Source of the DNA: Methylococcaceae bacterium
GTDB lineage: Bacteria > Pseudomonadota > Gammaproteobacteria > Methylococcales > Methylomonadaceae
Length of the DNA: 64,000 nt
NCBI GenBank assembly: GCA_024636875.1
Contig: JAGXGJ010000094.1
Coordinates: forward strand, 700-64,699
Direction of reading: 5' to 3'
Positions 51,567 to 63,204 of this stretch are shown here, in pieces (the first letter of the stretch is position 1; every line of letters begins with the position of its first letter). The notes beneath the pieces were generated by a model, which saw nothing but the letters and a program-made list of their open reading frames with translations, was not told where the DNA came from and did no database searches. The position numbers were made by a program, and so were the translations under genes.

Positions 51567-52606
51567 CAAACTATCCTGTAAAAATCTTTATACCATTCAA
51601 CAAAATTCTTAATACCTTCTTCCAATTCGGTCCCGGGCCTGTAGTCCAGATCGTTTACTAAATCCGAAACATCCGCGTAGGTATCCGGCACATCGCCTGG
51701 CTGCAAAGGTAGCAAGTTTTTTATTGCTTCTTTGCCTAAACACTTTTCCAGGGTCTCAATAAACTTCAATAGATGAACAGGATTATTATTGCCTATGTTA
51801 TAGACTCTGTAAGGCGACCGGCTTGTACCCGGATCAGGATTAGCTCCCGTCCAATTGGCATTAGCCTGTGCAGGCTTATCGATCACCCTGATAACACCCT
51901 CAACAATATCATCTATATAGGTGAAATCACGGCGATGATTACCATAATTAAATACGTCTATCGGCTTCCCTTCAAGAATATTACGGGTAAACATAAACAG
52001 TGACATATCCGGTCTACCCCAAGGACCGTAAACGGTAAAAAACCGCAAACCGGTTGTCGGCAACTGGTAAAGATGGCTGTAGGTATGGGCCATCAACTCA
52101 TTGGCTTTTTTACTGGCCGCATAAAGAGAAACAGGGTGGTCGACATTGTCATGAATAGAAAACGGCATATTGGTATTCGCCCCGTAAACCGAGCTGGAAG
52201 AAGCATAGGCCAAATGCTCTACAGCATTATGCCTGCATCCTTCCAATATATTCATGAATCCGACGATATTCGAGTCTATATAAGCATGAGGATTTGTAAT
52301 TGAATACCTTACGCCTGCCTGAGCTGCCAGATGCATGACCCTCTGGAAATTTTCCCTGGCAAATAAAGTTTCTACAGCGGCTCTGTCTGCTATTTCAAGT
52401 TTTACGAATTTAAAATTGTCATAATTTTTTAAGCGATCTAACCTTGCCAGCTTCAAATTTACATCGTAATAATCGTTAAGATTATCGATTCCGACTACCT
52501 CATCACCGCGCTCCAATAATCTTATACTAAGCGTTGAACCAATAAATCCAGCCGCCCCTGTTACCATTATTTTCAAAGATTTCTCCCAATTAATATCTAT
52601 AGCCAA
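51566..52606 (-). CDS. NAD-dependent nucleotide-sugar epimerase (UDP-glucuronate/UDP-GlcNAcA 4-epimerase-like, CapI/TviC type)
   Basis: 346-aa SDR-fold enzyme with a GxxGxxG site ([10 protein letters not shown]) and YxxxK (YAASKKANE). Confidence 0.85.
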   Translation of the reverse strand: MAIDINWEKSLKIMVTGAAGFIGSTLSIRLLERGDEVVGIDNLNDYYDVNLKLARLDRLKNYDNFKFVKLEIADRAAVETLFARENFQRVMHLAAQAGVRYSITNPHAYIDSNIVGFMNILEGCRHNAVEHLAYASSSSVYGANTNMPFSIHDNVDHPVSLYAASKKANELMAHTYSHLYQLPTTGLRFFTVYGPWGRPDMSLFMFTRNILEGKPIDVFNYGNHRRDFTYIDDIVEGVIRVIDKPAQANANWTGANPDPGTSRSPYRVYNIGNNNPVHLLKFIETLEKCLGKEAIKNLLPLQPGDVPDTYADVSDLVNDLDYRPGTELEEGIKNFVEWYKDFYRIV

Positions 52607-53073
52607 ATATAGAGCACATGTTTTGAACGATCACAATTGAGGAAAATCAATATAGATCGGGTAAAGCTAGAAACAACTATTAATTGTTTCTTGTTATGAT
52701 AAAATTGATCATTTAAAATATAATCAGCTAAATGTTTATTCTACAAATAATTATTTCGTGATAGAGTCAACAAGTGTGCTGCATGCGCCTTTCTAACGCA
52801 CAGAGTGAGTTTATCAGTCTTCTCTCTCACGGTATTGCTATATTCTATCACGGATATTATTTTTTACTCTGCCCTGTAAATAACATCGTGCAGTCTGTAT
52901 CCACCGCACACTTGTACTTTCAATCTGTCAGAAAAGCACTGCAGGGTTGTCCTCTAGGTTTAATGTCAAAAATGCCAGCACTCGTTCCGGTCTTCACAAA
53001 CGCTTATTTTGCGAAGCCTTTATTCCTCTTTCAATTGCAAGAGCGCTTTAGCCTGAGTCGTTAAAAAAATCAT

Positions 53074-53802
53074 ATGCCATTAATAACCAAGCAACAAGAA
53101 CAGTTTCTTGTATTGATTGCTGATAACGCTATTGATAGTTCATTATTGGAGCATCAATTGAACCAGCATTGTTTGAGAGCCGTTTTAAACAGTGAACCCA
53201 GCGAAACTTCAACACTGCTTAACACTATCTTATTCGATCTTATACTGCTGGATGCTGGCTTTATAAAACTTGTTAAAGCGGCTGATTGCATAAACAACCA
53301 ATCGCCCGTCATTGCCATCATTGATTCTGCAAATAACAGGCAAAAACAAAATATCATTGCTGCGGGATTTGACGATTATCTAATCAGACCGGTTACTCTA
53401 AGCAAGCTCAAGGAAATTATTGATCTTTGGGACATAAAAAATAAATCCACATCCGCATTTGATTATATTCAGGCAATACTGAATGCGACTCAAAATAACC
53501 GCCATCTTGCTTTAACTATTTTTAAGAAACTGTTCGAAGAATTTCCCTTGCAAATCACCTCTATCAAAGATGCTCTGGCACATCAGCATTTCCAATCGGC
53601 CCAAGAAATCACCCATAAATTACATGGGTCGGCAAGCTTTTGCGGTTTAACAGCCATTCAAAGATCTGCAAATTTATTAGAAAATTGTTTAATAAGTAAA
53701 GACTACCCGGCTATAAAGCCGCATTTTCTGAAATTGCAACAATCTATAGATAGCCTTATTAAGCAGCAAAAAAACATACTGGCATTATTAAAAAAAGATT
53801 AA
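53074..53802 (+). CDS. Receiver-like domain fused to an Hpt phosphotransfer domain
   Basis: The N-terminal ~120 aa resemble a CheY-like receiver (FLVLIADN.., DLILLDAG, GFDDYLIRP). The C-terminal ~110 aa carry the Hpt histidine motif (HKLHGSASFCGL). Confidence 0.72.
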   Translation: MPLITKQQEQFLVLIADNAIDSSLLEHQLNQHCLRAVLNSEPSETSTLLNTILFDLILLDAGFIKLVKAADCINNQSPVIAIIDSANNRQKQNIIAAGFDDYLIRPVTLSKLKEIIDLWDIKNKSTSAFDYIQAILNATQNNRHLALTIFKKLFEEFPLQITSIKDALAHQHFQSAQEITHKLHGSASFCGLTAIQRSANLLENCLISKDYPAIKPHFLKLQQSIDSLIKQQKNILALLKKD

Positions 53803-53850
53803 AAACCCAAAAAAGCTTTAGGGTATTTTTATTGGCAATAGACAAATAGG

Positions 53851-56373
53851 TTATTTCAATCTATCAAGCAGCGCCTGAGCGGTCAATTGTTGCTCTGGCG
53901 TACCCTTCTCAAGCACCTCTCTGGCAATATCTCTGGCTGCGTCAGAATCATTCATATCAATATAAGCCATCGCCAAATCCAGCTTCGTTTCCAGCTCATC
54001 CAGATCAGAATCCTGTCCTTCTTCTGATATATCAAAGTCAAAATCATCTTCCAAGGGATCATTTGAGATATTTTCACTCAAAGCGGCCCGATTATCGGTT
54101 GAAAAATCTATACCATGATAACCTTCATCAAAGCCCTTTACAACGCTTGAAACAAGCTTATCGAGCTCCTTTTCCTTATCAGCTTTCTCACTCAGGTCAA
54201 AATCAAACGCTTCAAATTCATCCTTACCCGCAAGTTCTCGCGGTTTCCACAAGACGTCATCATGAGCCTTGTCTAATTCTGTGTTATCAGTTGGCCCACC
54301 TGAATCAAAATCAATACTTTCGTTATTCTTCCACTCATCATCTGGAACGTCATCATCAAAGGAAGTCAAATTAACATTCAACAAACCACCTGCTGTCTCA
54401 GATGTTTCTTTAACTGCCTCCTCATCAAGTGGCTCATTAGAAGCAACCGGGATAAAATCCGCATTCTTGATGCCGATGACTGGCCGGTTTGCTTCAACTC
54501 CATCAGGTTCGGCTAGAGTTGCATGGTTTTTTTCAAAAGTTGTCTTCTTTTCAGCAGCAAAACGATCCACTCCAGAAGAAAACAATATTGAATCCGGGCA
54601 AATATCACGGCCCATTTGGGTCACTTTCGCCCAAAACCCAATATCATCTTTTTTACCCGTCTCTGCCAATTCGCTGACATAGGCTTCAAAAGCATGCTTG
54701 TCTTTTCTGGAATAAATAATTTCCAGAAGTTTCAATTTGCAGTCATCACGATCAGGCTGATCTTCAAGTGCATCTCGCATCAGCTCCTCCGCTTGTTGAT
54801 AACGCCCATAAGCCAGATAAACATCAGCTTCGGAAACCGGATCAATTTCATTCTGATCCGTATCAAATAGGTCAACGTCGGTACTTGAAATTTCACCTAG
54901 GAAAGAACTTTCACCTGTACCATCTGCATCATAAGCAACGCTATTTTTAGCACGCGACGGAGAAGAATTCCCCTTGGATTTATATATGTTTGAAGCATCA
55001 AACGGAGTTTGAATCTCTGTTTCTTGATCAAGCTTATGTTTTCGCCACCAATACCATCCTAGCAATGTTAACGTTCCCATGCCTATACCGGCAACCCATA
55101 CATAATAACTATCCCGCCCCCCCTCTGCTTCGGATTCTGGCTTAATAGTCGACTTGACAACAGCTTTGGCCGGTTTTGGTTGAGCCACAGCAGACTCAAT
55201 ATCGACCTGGCCTGGCGCTGCCTGGATAACTGGCTCCTGATTAACCGGCTTTGCCTGCAACTGTTTTTGCATAACGGCAAGCTGCTGATCTTTTGAAGCA
55301 ATGATTTGTTGCATCGTAGCCAACTGTTTTTCAAGATCTGCTACTTTGGCTTGCAGTGCATCGTCTACAGGAGTTGCAACGTCAACCTCATTGCCCGCTG
55401 TTTCAGAAGGCGCCGGCAACTTATCAAGGCCTGTCCTTATAGTGTTTATTTGTTCATTTACTGCAGCCGGCTCTACTTTTTCAGGGATAGCGGCTTCGGC
55501 AGGAGCAAGCAATGTTAACTTTTTAGATGCATCAGCTTTGTTAACATTTGCCGTTTCAATCGGGGTTTTGGTCAAGCGGTGTTTCCAGGCTTTTGTTTGC
55601 CTGTTGAGTTCAGCCAAGGCCTGATTTCGTGAAAACTTTAAAGCAGCCTTTCTATCCGGAATCTTCAGTATTTTTCCAATCAACAAGGCATTCATATTTT
55701 CCTGATAGAACGCACGCGGATTTTCTTCGTACAGAGCAATCATCATCTGCTCAACAGACACACCATCCCACCTGCCTGCCCGTTCTGCAATTTTCCAGAG
55801 CGTATCATTTTTTTCAGTCGGGCCATATTCCCTCGCTCCACTTGAACTCTTTCCAGTTCCTGTTTGCTGTCTTTTTAAGGCTGGATGTACTGGGAAAATT
55901 CCCTGCTCCGGTTCATAACTTTCGGAACGCGCTGCAATGGGAATAGTTGTCTGTTTATAGGCATCCGGAGGATCCACAAGCACAGTAAATTCACGATACA
56001 GACTACCTTTTGGCCAGCTCACTTCGAGCAGGAAATCCAGAAAGGGTTCTTTTACAGCTACATCAGAACTCAGCCTGATAACCACCGAACCATTAGCGCT
56101 GACTACTGTTGTAAATTTAATTTTTGATAGAAAAGGAGTCCATGGCACTCCTGCTTCATCAAACTTATCAGGGGAGGCTAAATGTACCTTTATGTCAGAA
56201 GCCTTTTCACCCGACGATTCAACCAATGAAATCACGGCATTCAGATTCTGATTAAGCGATGAGAGCAATTTAATATCGCCAATCCCTAATGTATGGCCAC
56301 TAGCTGGAGCCAGTAACGATAATACCGCTAGAATGTTGGTTAAATTGCGCAAACTGCTTTCCTTCATACTCAT
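53851..56373 (-). CDS. fimV: FimV-family peptidoglycan-binding type IV pilus assembly protein
   Basis: 840-aa ORF with a signal peptide, a LysM segment (YGPTEKNDTLWKIAERAG..), one TM helix (YYVWVAGIGMGTLTLLGWYWW), an acidic cytoplasmic region and the FimV C-terminal motif (LDLAMAYIDMNDSDAARDIAREVL). It is adjacent to asd, as in Pseudomonas. Confidence 0.88.
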   Translation of the reverse strand: MSMKESSLRNLTNILAVLSLLAPASGHTLGIGDIKLLSSLNQNLNAVISLVESSGEKASDIKVHLASPDKFDEAGVPWTPFLSKIKFTTVVSANGSVVIRLSSDVAVKEPFLDFLLEVSWPKGSLYREFTVLVDPPDAYKQTTIPIAARSESYEPEQGIFPVHPALKRQQTGTGKSSSGAREYGPTEKNDTLWKIAERAGRWDGVSVEQMMIALYEENPRAFYQENMNALLIGKILKIPDRKAALKFSRNQALAELNRQTKAWKHRLTKTPIETANVNKADASKKLTLLAPAEAAIPEKVEPAAVNEQINTIRTGLDKLPAPSETAGNEVDVATPVDDALQAKVADLEKQLATMQQIIASKDQQLAVMQKQLQAKPVNQEPVIQAAPGQVDIESAVAQPKPAKAVVKSTIKPESEAEGGRDSYYVWVAGIGMGTLTLLGWYWWRKHKLDQETEIQTPFDASNIYKSKGNSSPSRAKNSVAYDADGTGESSFLGEISSTDVDLFDTDQNEIDPVSEADVYLAYGRYQQAEELMRDALEDQPDRDDCKLKLLEIIYSRKDKHAFEAYVSELAETGKKDDIGFWAKVTQMGRDICPDSILFSSGVDRFAAEKKTTFEKNHATLAEPDGVEANRPVIGIKNADFIPVASNEPLDEEAVKETSETAGGLLNVNLTSFDDDVPDDEWKNNESIDFDSGGPTDNTELDKAHDDVLWKPRELAGKDEFEAFDFDLSEKADKEKELDKLVSSVVKGFDEGYHGIDFSTDNRAALSENISNDPLEDDFDFDISEEGQDSDLDELETKLDLAMAYIDMNDSDAARDIAREVLEKGTPEQQLTAQALLDRLK

Positions 56374-56421
56374 TAATACAGACTATTACCGCGAACAGTC
56401 GACTATAAAGACAAGCTTAGC

Positions 56422-57444
56422 CTAGATGTAATTTTTTACCAGAACTTCTGCTATTTGCACACTGTTAAGAGCAGCACCTTTCCGGACATTATCACTTACT
56501 ACCCACAAATTAATACCTTGCGGATGCGATATATCGTCTCTGATACGCCCCACAAACACATCATCACTACCAGATGATTCCGTCACAGCCGTCGGATATC
56601 CACCATTGATGCGCTCATCCATCACTGTTATGCCTGGCGCTTTTTCCAGCAACGCCCTGACTTCGCCGGCACCAATTTTTTTACCCGTCTCAATATGTAC
56701 CGCTTCGGAATGTCCGTAAAAGACAGGCACCCGAACCGCAGTTGCATTAACTTTAATGTTGACATCACCAAGGATTTTCTGGGTCTCCCATACCATCTTC
56801 ATTTCTTCCTTGGTATAGCCGTTATCCATAAACACATCAATTTGAGGCAGCACGTTAAAGGCAATCTGCTTTGGATAAACGCCAGGCGTAATCGCTTGCA
56901 AATTAAGAATATTGGCGGTTTGCAAGCCCAATTCTTCGATGGCCTCTTTACCTGTCCCGGAAACCGCCTGATAGGTACACACATTGATTCTGGTGATACC
57001 TGCTGCATCATAAATAGGCTTTAACGCGACTAACATCTGAATGGTTGAACAATTAGGATTGGCGATAATTCCACGATTCTTATACTCTGCAATTTTCTCC
57101 GGATTCACCTCGGGTACTACCAAAGGAATATCATCGTCATAACGAAACTGTGAAGTGTTGTCAATAACGATACAACCGGCAGCAGCGGCTTTTGGCGCGT
57201 AAATTTCCGAAACAGATGCGCCCGGAGAAAATAAACCTATATGCGCTTTGGAAAAATCAAAAGTTGCCAAATCTTGTACATTTAAAGAACCGCCTTTAAA
57301 TGGCATTCTTTTACCCACTGAATTTCTGCTGGCTAAAGCATAAACCTCACCTACAGGAAAATTACGCTCTTCAAGAATTGCCAGCATGGCTTCACCCACT
57401 GCTCCCGTCGCACCAACAACTGCAACGTTATAAACTTTACTCAT
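56422..57444 (-). CDS. asd: Aspartate-semialdehyde dehydrogenase
   Basis: 340-aa ORF (VAVVGATGAVG, active-site NPNCSTIQM, GHSEAV). Confidence 0.95.
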   Translation of the reverse strand: MSKVYNVAVVGATGAVGEAMLAILEERNFPVGEVYALASRNSVGKRMPFKGGSLNVQDLATFDFSKAHIGLFSPGASVSEIYAPKAAAAGCIVIDNTSQFRYDDDIPLVVPEVNPEKIAEYKNRGIIANPNCSTIQMLVALKPIYDAAGITRINVCTYQAVSGTGKEAIEELGLQTANILNLQAITPGVYPKQIAFNVLPQIDVFMDNGYTKEEMKMVWETQKILGDVNIKVNATAVRVPVFYGHSEAVHIETGKKIGAGEVRALLEKAPGITVMDERINGGYPTAVTESSGSDDVFVGRIRDDISHPQGINLWVVSDNVRKGAALNSVQIAEVLVKNYI

Positions 57445-57493
57445 TTAGTTTTACCTTTTTGTTATAGCAAACCATAGAATTGAAATTCACACC

Positions 57494-58168
<675 letters not shown>

Positions 58169-58323
58169 CTAAAATAACTGCCAGTTAACAGCCAAAAAAA
58201 CAAGGTCTTGTGACTTTAACAAAGCAAGAGTGCGTATTTTATAACACAAGCGCTTTAATCTCTTGTAAAAATAAGATATTTTCCTTATTCTTATGCAGTT
58301 AACTACAATCAGGAGAACAAAAG

Positions 58324-58800
58324 ATGCGTGTTGAAGATTTAATGAAAACAAAAGTATTTACAGTAGAGCAACACGAGTTGATCGATCGGGTCTTTTTTTT
58401 AATCCATTACGAAAAAGTTCGCCACATACCCGTCGTTGAAAAAGGCAAAGTTATCGCGATCGTATCCGACAGAGATCTGTACAAAGCCCTGGGGCCGAAA
58501 CACAACTCCAGCGCAATTGAAGCAGCGCCCGGCAAAAGCACTGTAGAACTGCATGTTATCCCACAAAAAGTACACCACATTATGCGCCGAGGCGTATTGA
58601 CTGTTAATCCTGACACCTATGCATCAGAAGCTGCAGCAATTATGGCCGACAAAAAAGTTGGCGCATTGCCGGTGGTCGACAAGGCTGGCAAATTAGTCGG
58701 CATAATATCAGCTATAGACATACTCCGGGTTTTTTCAAAAATAGAAAAATCGAGTGAAAAAAGAGAGCAAAGAATAGCGACTGGCATCAGTCATACATAA
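58324..58800 (+). CDS. CBS-domain pair protein
   Basis: 158-aa ORF with two CBS-like units (..HIPVVEKGKVIAIVSDRDL.. and ..GALPVVDKAGKLVGIISAIDIL). Confidence 0.8.
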   Translation: MRVEDLMKTKVFTVEQHELIDRVFFLIHYEKVRHIPVVEKGKVIAIVSDRDLYKALGPKHNSSAIEAAPGKSTVELHVIPQKVHHIMRRGVLTVNPDTYASEAAAIMADKKVGALPVVDKAGKLVGIISAIDILRVFSKIEKSSEKREQRIATGISHT

Positions 58801-58822
58801 AATCCTGGTATTCGCTGCACGC

Positions 58823-58848
58823 AAAAAGTCCCGCAGTGGGACTTTTTT
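58823..58848 (+). terminator. Intrinsic terminator after the CBS gene
   Basis: aaaaAGTCCCgcagtGGGACTttttt is a stem-loop followed by a T-run, 23 nt after the stop codon. Confidence 0.75.
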
Positions 58849-59116
58849 GTTTTAAGCAGACAAATTGCTGCTCCTTCATACTTTTTCATAGTAAGAAGTT
58901 GCTGCTGCAAACCCTGCCCGGTAAAAATTAATCATTTTTGATTTCAATATCTTCGCACCCGCAGCAGCATAAAACAGAATTCCCTGCGCATTCATTTCAG
59001 CATCAACTACGACCCGGTAGTAAAATATACCAATAATTTCCCCAGTAGACCTTGGCAATGCAGCACATCACGATTTAATATAGATACAAACCCCATGCAG
59101 AATAATTTGGATAGCC

Positions 59117-61945
59117 ATGATGAGTAACCTGATTAAACTTTTTCAAGACTCTTCTTCCCTACAAGGCAGCAATGCCAGTTTCGTCGAAAACTTATATGAA
59201 CGGTTCCTGGAAGATCCTGAATCTGTTGAGCCCAGCTGGCAAAAAGAATTCAACGCCATTCATCACGGAACAGTTTATGAGGCCCCGCACAGCCCTGTTG
59301 TAGAACGCTTTGCACAGCTTGCCGTTAAATCTCAAGGCAGACTGGCTCAATTACAAGGCTTCACCGAAGAAAGCGTAAAAAAACAGGCAGCTGTCTCCCG
59401 TCTAATTAACCATTACCGCGTTCGCGGACACCAAATTGCCAACAATAATCCACTAGGGAAAACCGCCCCCCCACCTGCCGATATGGATCTGGCCTATTAC
59501 GGGCTTGCCGAACCGGATATGGATACCCTGTTCGATACAGGCGCGCTTTATGGAGTTGATCGATTACCTTTACGTGACATTATTGCCAGCCTGAAAGAAA
59601 TCTATTGCGGCAGCATCGGCTCTGAATTCATGCACATAGTCGATACCTATACCAGACGCTGGGTCATAAACCGTCTAGAAAATTCTAAAGCCAACTTAAA
59701 ACTGGAACCTGAAAAAAAACAATGGCTATTAAAACTTTTGACTGCGGCTGAAGGTATAGAAGTCCATTTGCAACATAAATTTGTAGGACAAAAACGCTTC
59801 TCTCTGGAAGGCGGTGAATCCCTGATTCCCATTCTGGATGAATTAATTCAAAACGCGGGAGAGAAAGGCGTAAAAGAAATTGTTATCGGCATGGCGCATC
59901 GAGGCCGCTTGAATGTTCTGGTCAATATTTTGGGTAAAAGCCCTGCCAGTTTATTTGATGAATTTGTCGGCACGTATACACCTTCACCCGGCGTCAGTTC
60001 GGGTGACGTAAAATATCACATGGGTTTTTCATCTGATGTTGACACGCCCGGCGGCCCTGTACATTTAACACTCGCCTTCAATCCTTCACATCTGGAAATC
60101 ATCAATCCGGTTGTTGAAGGCTCGGTCAAGGCCCGCCAGGACCGCGCCGGAAAAAAGGGCATAAGAACCGTTATTCCGGTATTAATTCACGGGGATGCGG
60201 CCTTTTCAGGACAGGGTATCGTCATGGAAACCCTGAATATGTCGCAAACCCGCGCTTTTTCTACAGGTGGAACCATTCATATCGTCATTAACAATCAAAT
60301 CGGCTTTACTACCAGCAACCTGCTGGATGCACGCTCCACGCTTTATTGCACCGATGTTGCCAGCATGCTTCAGGCGCCGGTTTTTCATGTCAACGGTGAT
60401 GATCCTGAAGCGGTACTATTTGTTACCAAACTCGCTCTCGATTACCGGATGACTTTCAATAAGGATGTGGTCATAGAACTTATTTGCTATCGCCGACTCG
60501 GTCATAACGAGGCTGACGAACCTGCAACTACCCAGCCCATCATGTATAAAAAAATCCGCAAACACAAAACCACGCGGAAACTTTATGCTCAAAAGCTTAT
60601 TACTGAAGGCATTATTAGCGACGAACAAGCTGCAATAATGGAGCAGGATTACCAGAATTTGCTTGAAGCGGGGCAAATTGTTTCCCGGCCCGTATTGGAA
60701 AATGCCAGTTATTCCTACACCAATCAATGGCACCAATACTATAATAAAAGCTGGGATAGCGCCTGTAACACGGCCATTTCACTGGATCAACTGCGCTATT
60801 GTAATGATCAGATGCAGCTGCTTCCTGCAGGTTTTGAATTGCATCCCAGAGTTGCTAAAGTCATGGATAACCGCCGTAAAATGGCCGCCGGCGCTATGCC
60901 CCTGGATTGGGGATTTGCTGAAAATCTGGCTTATGCCAGCCTCATTATAGAAAAATACCATGTTCGACTGACCGGTCAGGACGTGGGGCGGGGCACATTT
61001 GTTCACCGCCACGCAGTTTTACATAACCAGCTCAATAATAAAACCTACACACCTATCAAACATCTGGACAAGGATCAAGGCCGCGCCCAGATTTTTGATT
61101 CCCTGTTGTCTGAGGCTGGCGTCCTGGGTTTCGAATACGGCTACAGTACAACAATGCCAAATACCCTGGTCATCTGGGAAGCGCAATTTGGCGATTTTGC
61201 CAATGGCGCTCAAGTAGTCATCGATCAGTTTATCAGTTCCGGCGAAACCAAATGGGGACGCTTGTGTGGACTGGTTATGTTGTTGCCCCATGGCTACGAA
61301 GGCCAGGGACCTGAACACTCATCTGCAAGACTGGAACGTTATCTGCAACTCTGTGCCGAACATAATATCCAGGTTTGCAATCCGACCACTCCCGCACAGA
61401 TATTCCATTTGTTGCGCCGCCAGATAATACGTCCATATCGAAAACCACTGATCATTATGAGTCCTAAAAGTCTTCTGCGGCATAAACTTGCAGTTTCCAC
61501 GCTTGAAGATCTGACCAACGGACAATTTCAGACTATCATCGGAGAGCAGGATGACATCAATCCCAAAAAAGTCACACGCTTTATCTTATGTTCAGGCAAA
61601 GTCTATTATGATCTGCTGGAAACGCGTCGGCTGGACAATCTGAAACATGTTGCTATTGCCCGTATCGAACAGCTTTATCCTTTCCCCGATAAATTATTTA
61701 AAGCAGAAATTGCAAAATATGAGCATCTGGAAGAGTTCATCTGGTGTCAGGAAGAGCCGAAAAATCAGGGTGTCTGGTATCAATCCAAACATCACTTTAC
61801 CGACAATCTGCCAGAACATATCAGCGTAACTTATGCCGGACGTGATGCATCGGCAGCGCCCGCTGTAGGCAATTTCCAAGTTCATATAGAACAACAAAAA
61901 GCTGTCGTCCAATCGGCCTTATACGGCAAACCTTCAGGAAAATAA
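59117..61945 (+). CDS. sucA: 2-oxoglutarate dehydrogenase E1 component
   Basis: 942-aa ORF with ThDP-fold motifs ([25 protein letters not shown]). It appears full-length and uninterrupted. Confidence 0.96.
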   Translation: MMSNLIKLFQDSSSLQGSNASFVENLYERFLEDPESVEPSWQKEFNAIHHGTVYEAPHSPVVERFAQLAVKSQGRLAQLQGFTEESVKKQAAVSRLINHYRVRGHQIANNNPLGKTAPPPADMDLAYYGLAEPDMDTLFDTGALYGVDRLPLRDIIASLKEIYCGSIGSEFMHIVDTYTRRWVINRLENSKANLKLEPEKKQWLLKLLTAAEGIEVHLQHKFVGQKRFSLEGGESLIPILDELIQNAGEKGVKEIVIGMAHRGRLNVLVNILGKSPASLFDEFVGTYTPSPGVSSGDVKYHMGFSSDVDTPGGPVHLTLAFNPSHLEIINPVVEGSVKARQDRAGKKGIRTVIPVLIHGDAAFSGQGIVMETLNMSQTRAFSTGGTIHIVINNQIGFTTSNLLDARSTLYCTDVASMLQAPVFHVNGDDPEAVLFVTKLALDYRMTFNKDVVIELICYRRLGHNEADEPATTQPIMYKKIRKHKTTRKLYAQKLITEGIISDEQAAIMEQDYQNLLEAGQIVSRPVLENASYSYTNQWHQYYNKSWDSACNTAISLDQLRYCNDQMQLLPAGFELHPRVAKVMDNRRKMAAGAMPLDWGFAENLAYASLIIEKYHVRLTGQDVGRGTFVHRHAVLHNQLNNKTYTPIKHLDKDQGRAQIFDSLLSEAGVLGFEYGYSTTMPNTLVIWEAQFGDFANGAQVVIDQFISSGETKWGRLCGLVMLLPHGYEGQGPEHSSARLERYLQLCAEHNIQVCNPTTPAQIFHLLRRQIIRPYRKPLIIMSPKSLLRHKLAVSTLEDLTNGQFQTIIGEQDDINPKKVTRFILCSGKVYYDLLETRRLDNLKHVAIARIEQLYPFPDKLFKAEIAKYEHLEEFIWCQEEPKNQGVWYQSKHHFTDNLPEHISVTYAGRDASAAPAVGNFQVHIEQQKAVVQSALYGKPSGK

Positions 61946-61946
61946 C

Positions 61947-63200
61947 ATGAGCATTGAAGTCCTAGTTCCCAATCTACCCGAATCTGTTTCTGATGCAACG
62001 CTGATCACCTGGCACAAACAAGCCGGTGATTTTGTTACCAAGAATGAAAACCTTGTTGATCTTGAAACAGATAAAGTGGTGCTTGAAGTAACGGCACCTG
62101 AATCGGGCGTACTCAGCCAAATACTTAAGGACAACGGCGCTATCGTTACCGGCGGTGAGGTACTGGCATTATTGGAAGCTGAAACGGCTCAACAGCGCTC
62201 AGCCGTCGAAAAACAGGCAATACCCGATAAAGCACCTGAGCACAACGATGAAGATATACCCTTAAGTCCTTCAGTCCGCCGGTTGATTCATGAGAATACC
62301 CTGGATGCTTCGGCAATAAAGGGCACCGGAAAAAGCGGCCGGCTCACCAAAACAGATGTGCTGGATCATCTCGACAAACACACACCAGCAACTGTAAAGG
62401 CGCAAAAGCCAACCGCAGAGACTCAAAATATTGCGTCTCCAGAAGCAGCAAAGCCGGAAACAGAAAAACCGTCCGAAACCACAACGATCACCTCAAATCT
62501 ACGGCCTGAACAACGTGTTGCAATGACCCGCTTAAGGGCAAAAGTTGCTGAACGGCTGTTACAAGCACAACAAAATGCAGCCATGTTGACAACTTTCAAC
62601 GAAGTCAACATGCAGAGTGTCATTGACCTTCGTAACCAGTACAAAACCAGATTCGAACAGAAACACGCCGTCAAACTGGGTTTTATGTCGTTTTTTGTCA
62701 AAGCCTCAATTGAGGCTTTGAAACACTTCCCGGCAATCAATGCTTCTATTGATGATAACGATATCATCTATCATGGCTACTACGACCTGGGCATTGCCGT
62801 CAGCACACCGCGAGGCCTGATTGTGCCGGTGTTGCATGACGCCGATCAACTTGATTTTGCCGGTATTGAAAAATGCATTGTCGATTTTGGAGAAAAAGCC
62901 AGAGCTGGCACATTAACCTATGACGACTTGAAGGGCGGCACGTTTACTATTACCAACGGCGGCGTATTTGGCTCAATGTTGTCTACTCCCATACTTAATC
63001 CACCCCAGTGCGCAATTTTAGGGATGCACGCCATCAAGGAACGAGTTGTTGTTGAAAATAGCCAGATGGTTATAAGGCCGATTATGTATCTGGCTCTTTC
63101 ATACGATCATCGCCTGGTAGATGGCCGCGAAGCCGTGCAATTTTTGGTCACGATAAAAGAATGCCTGGAAGCTCCCGCCCACCTGCTACTTAACATTTAA
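61947..63200 (+). CDS. sucB: Dihydrolipoyllysine-residue succinyltransferase (E2o)
   Basis: 417-aa ORF with a lipoyl domain ([11 protein letters not shown]), an E3-binding domain ([12 protein letters not shown]..) and a catalytic DHRLVDG motif. Confidence 0.96.
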   Translation: MSIEVLVPNLPESVSDATLITWHKQAGDFVTKNENLVDLETDKVVLEVTAPESGVLSQILKDNGAIVTGGEVLALLEAETAQQRSAVEKQAIPDKAPEHNDEDIPLSPSVRRLIHENTLDASAIKGTGKSGRLTKTDVLDHLDKHTPATVKAQKPTAETQNIASPEAAKPETEKPSETTTITSNLRPEQRVAMTRLRAKVAERLLQAQQNAAMLTTFNEVNMQSVIDLRNQYKTRFEQKHAVKLGFMSFFVKASIEALKHFPAINASIDDNDIIYHGYYDLGIAVSTPRGLIVPVLHDADQLDFAGIEKCIVDFGEKARAGTLTYDDLKGGTFTITNGGVFGSMLSTPILNPPQCAILGMHAIKERVVVENSQMVIRPIMYLALSYDHRLVDGREAVQFLVTIKECLEAPAHLLLNI

Positions 63201-63204
63201 CGCT

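Noticed and set aside
52669-52691. An 8-bp perfect inverted repeat, agaaacaa-N7-ttgtttct, lies 63 nt upstream of the epimerase gene.
   Set aside because: Roughly ten such 8-bp inverted repeats with short spacers are expected by chance in this window, and nothing else supports an operator.
52774-53064. A 96-codon GTG-initiated ORF in the 460-bp spacer upstream of the REC-Hpt gene.
   Set aside because: It is Cys/Phe/Leu-rich with no SD and no family resemblance, and it lies in AT-rich promoter DNA between divergent genes. It is most likely non-coding.
58876-59058. A 60-codon minus-strand ORF between the CBS gene terminator and sucA.
   Set aside because: I could support no recognisable domain, and it sits in the likely sucA promoter region. 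The evidence is only an open frame at the size threshold.
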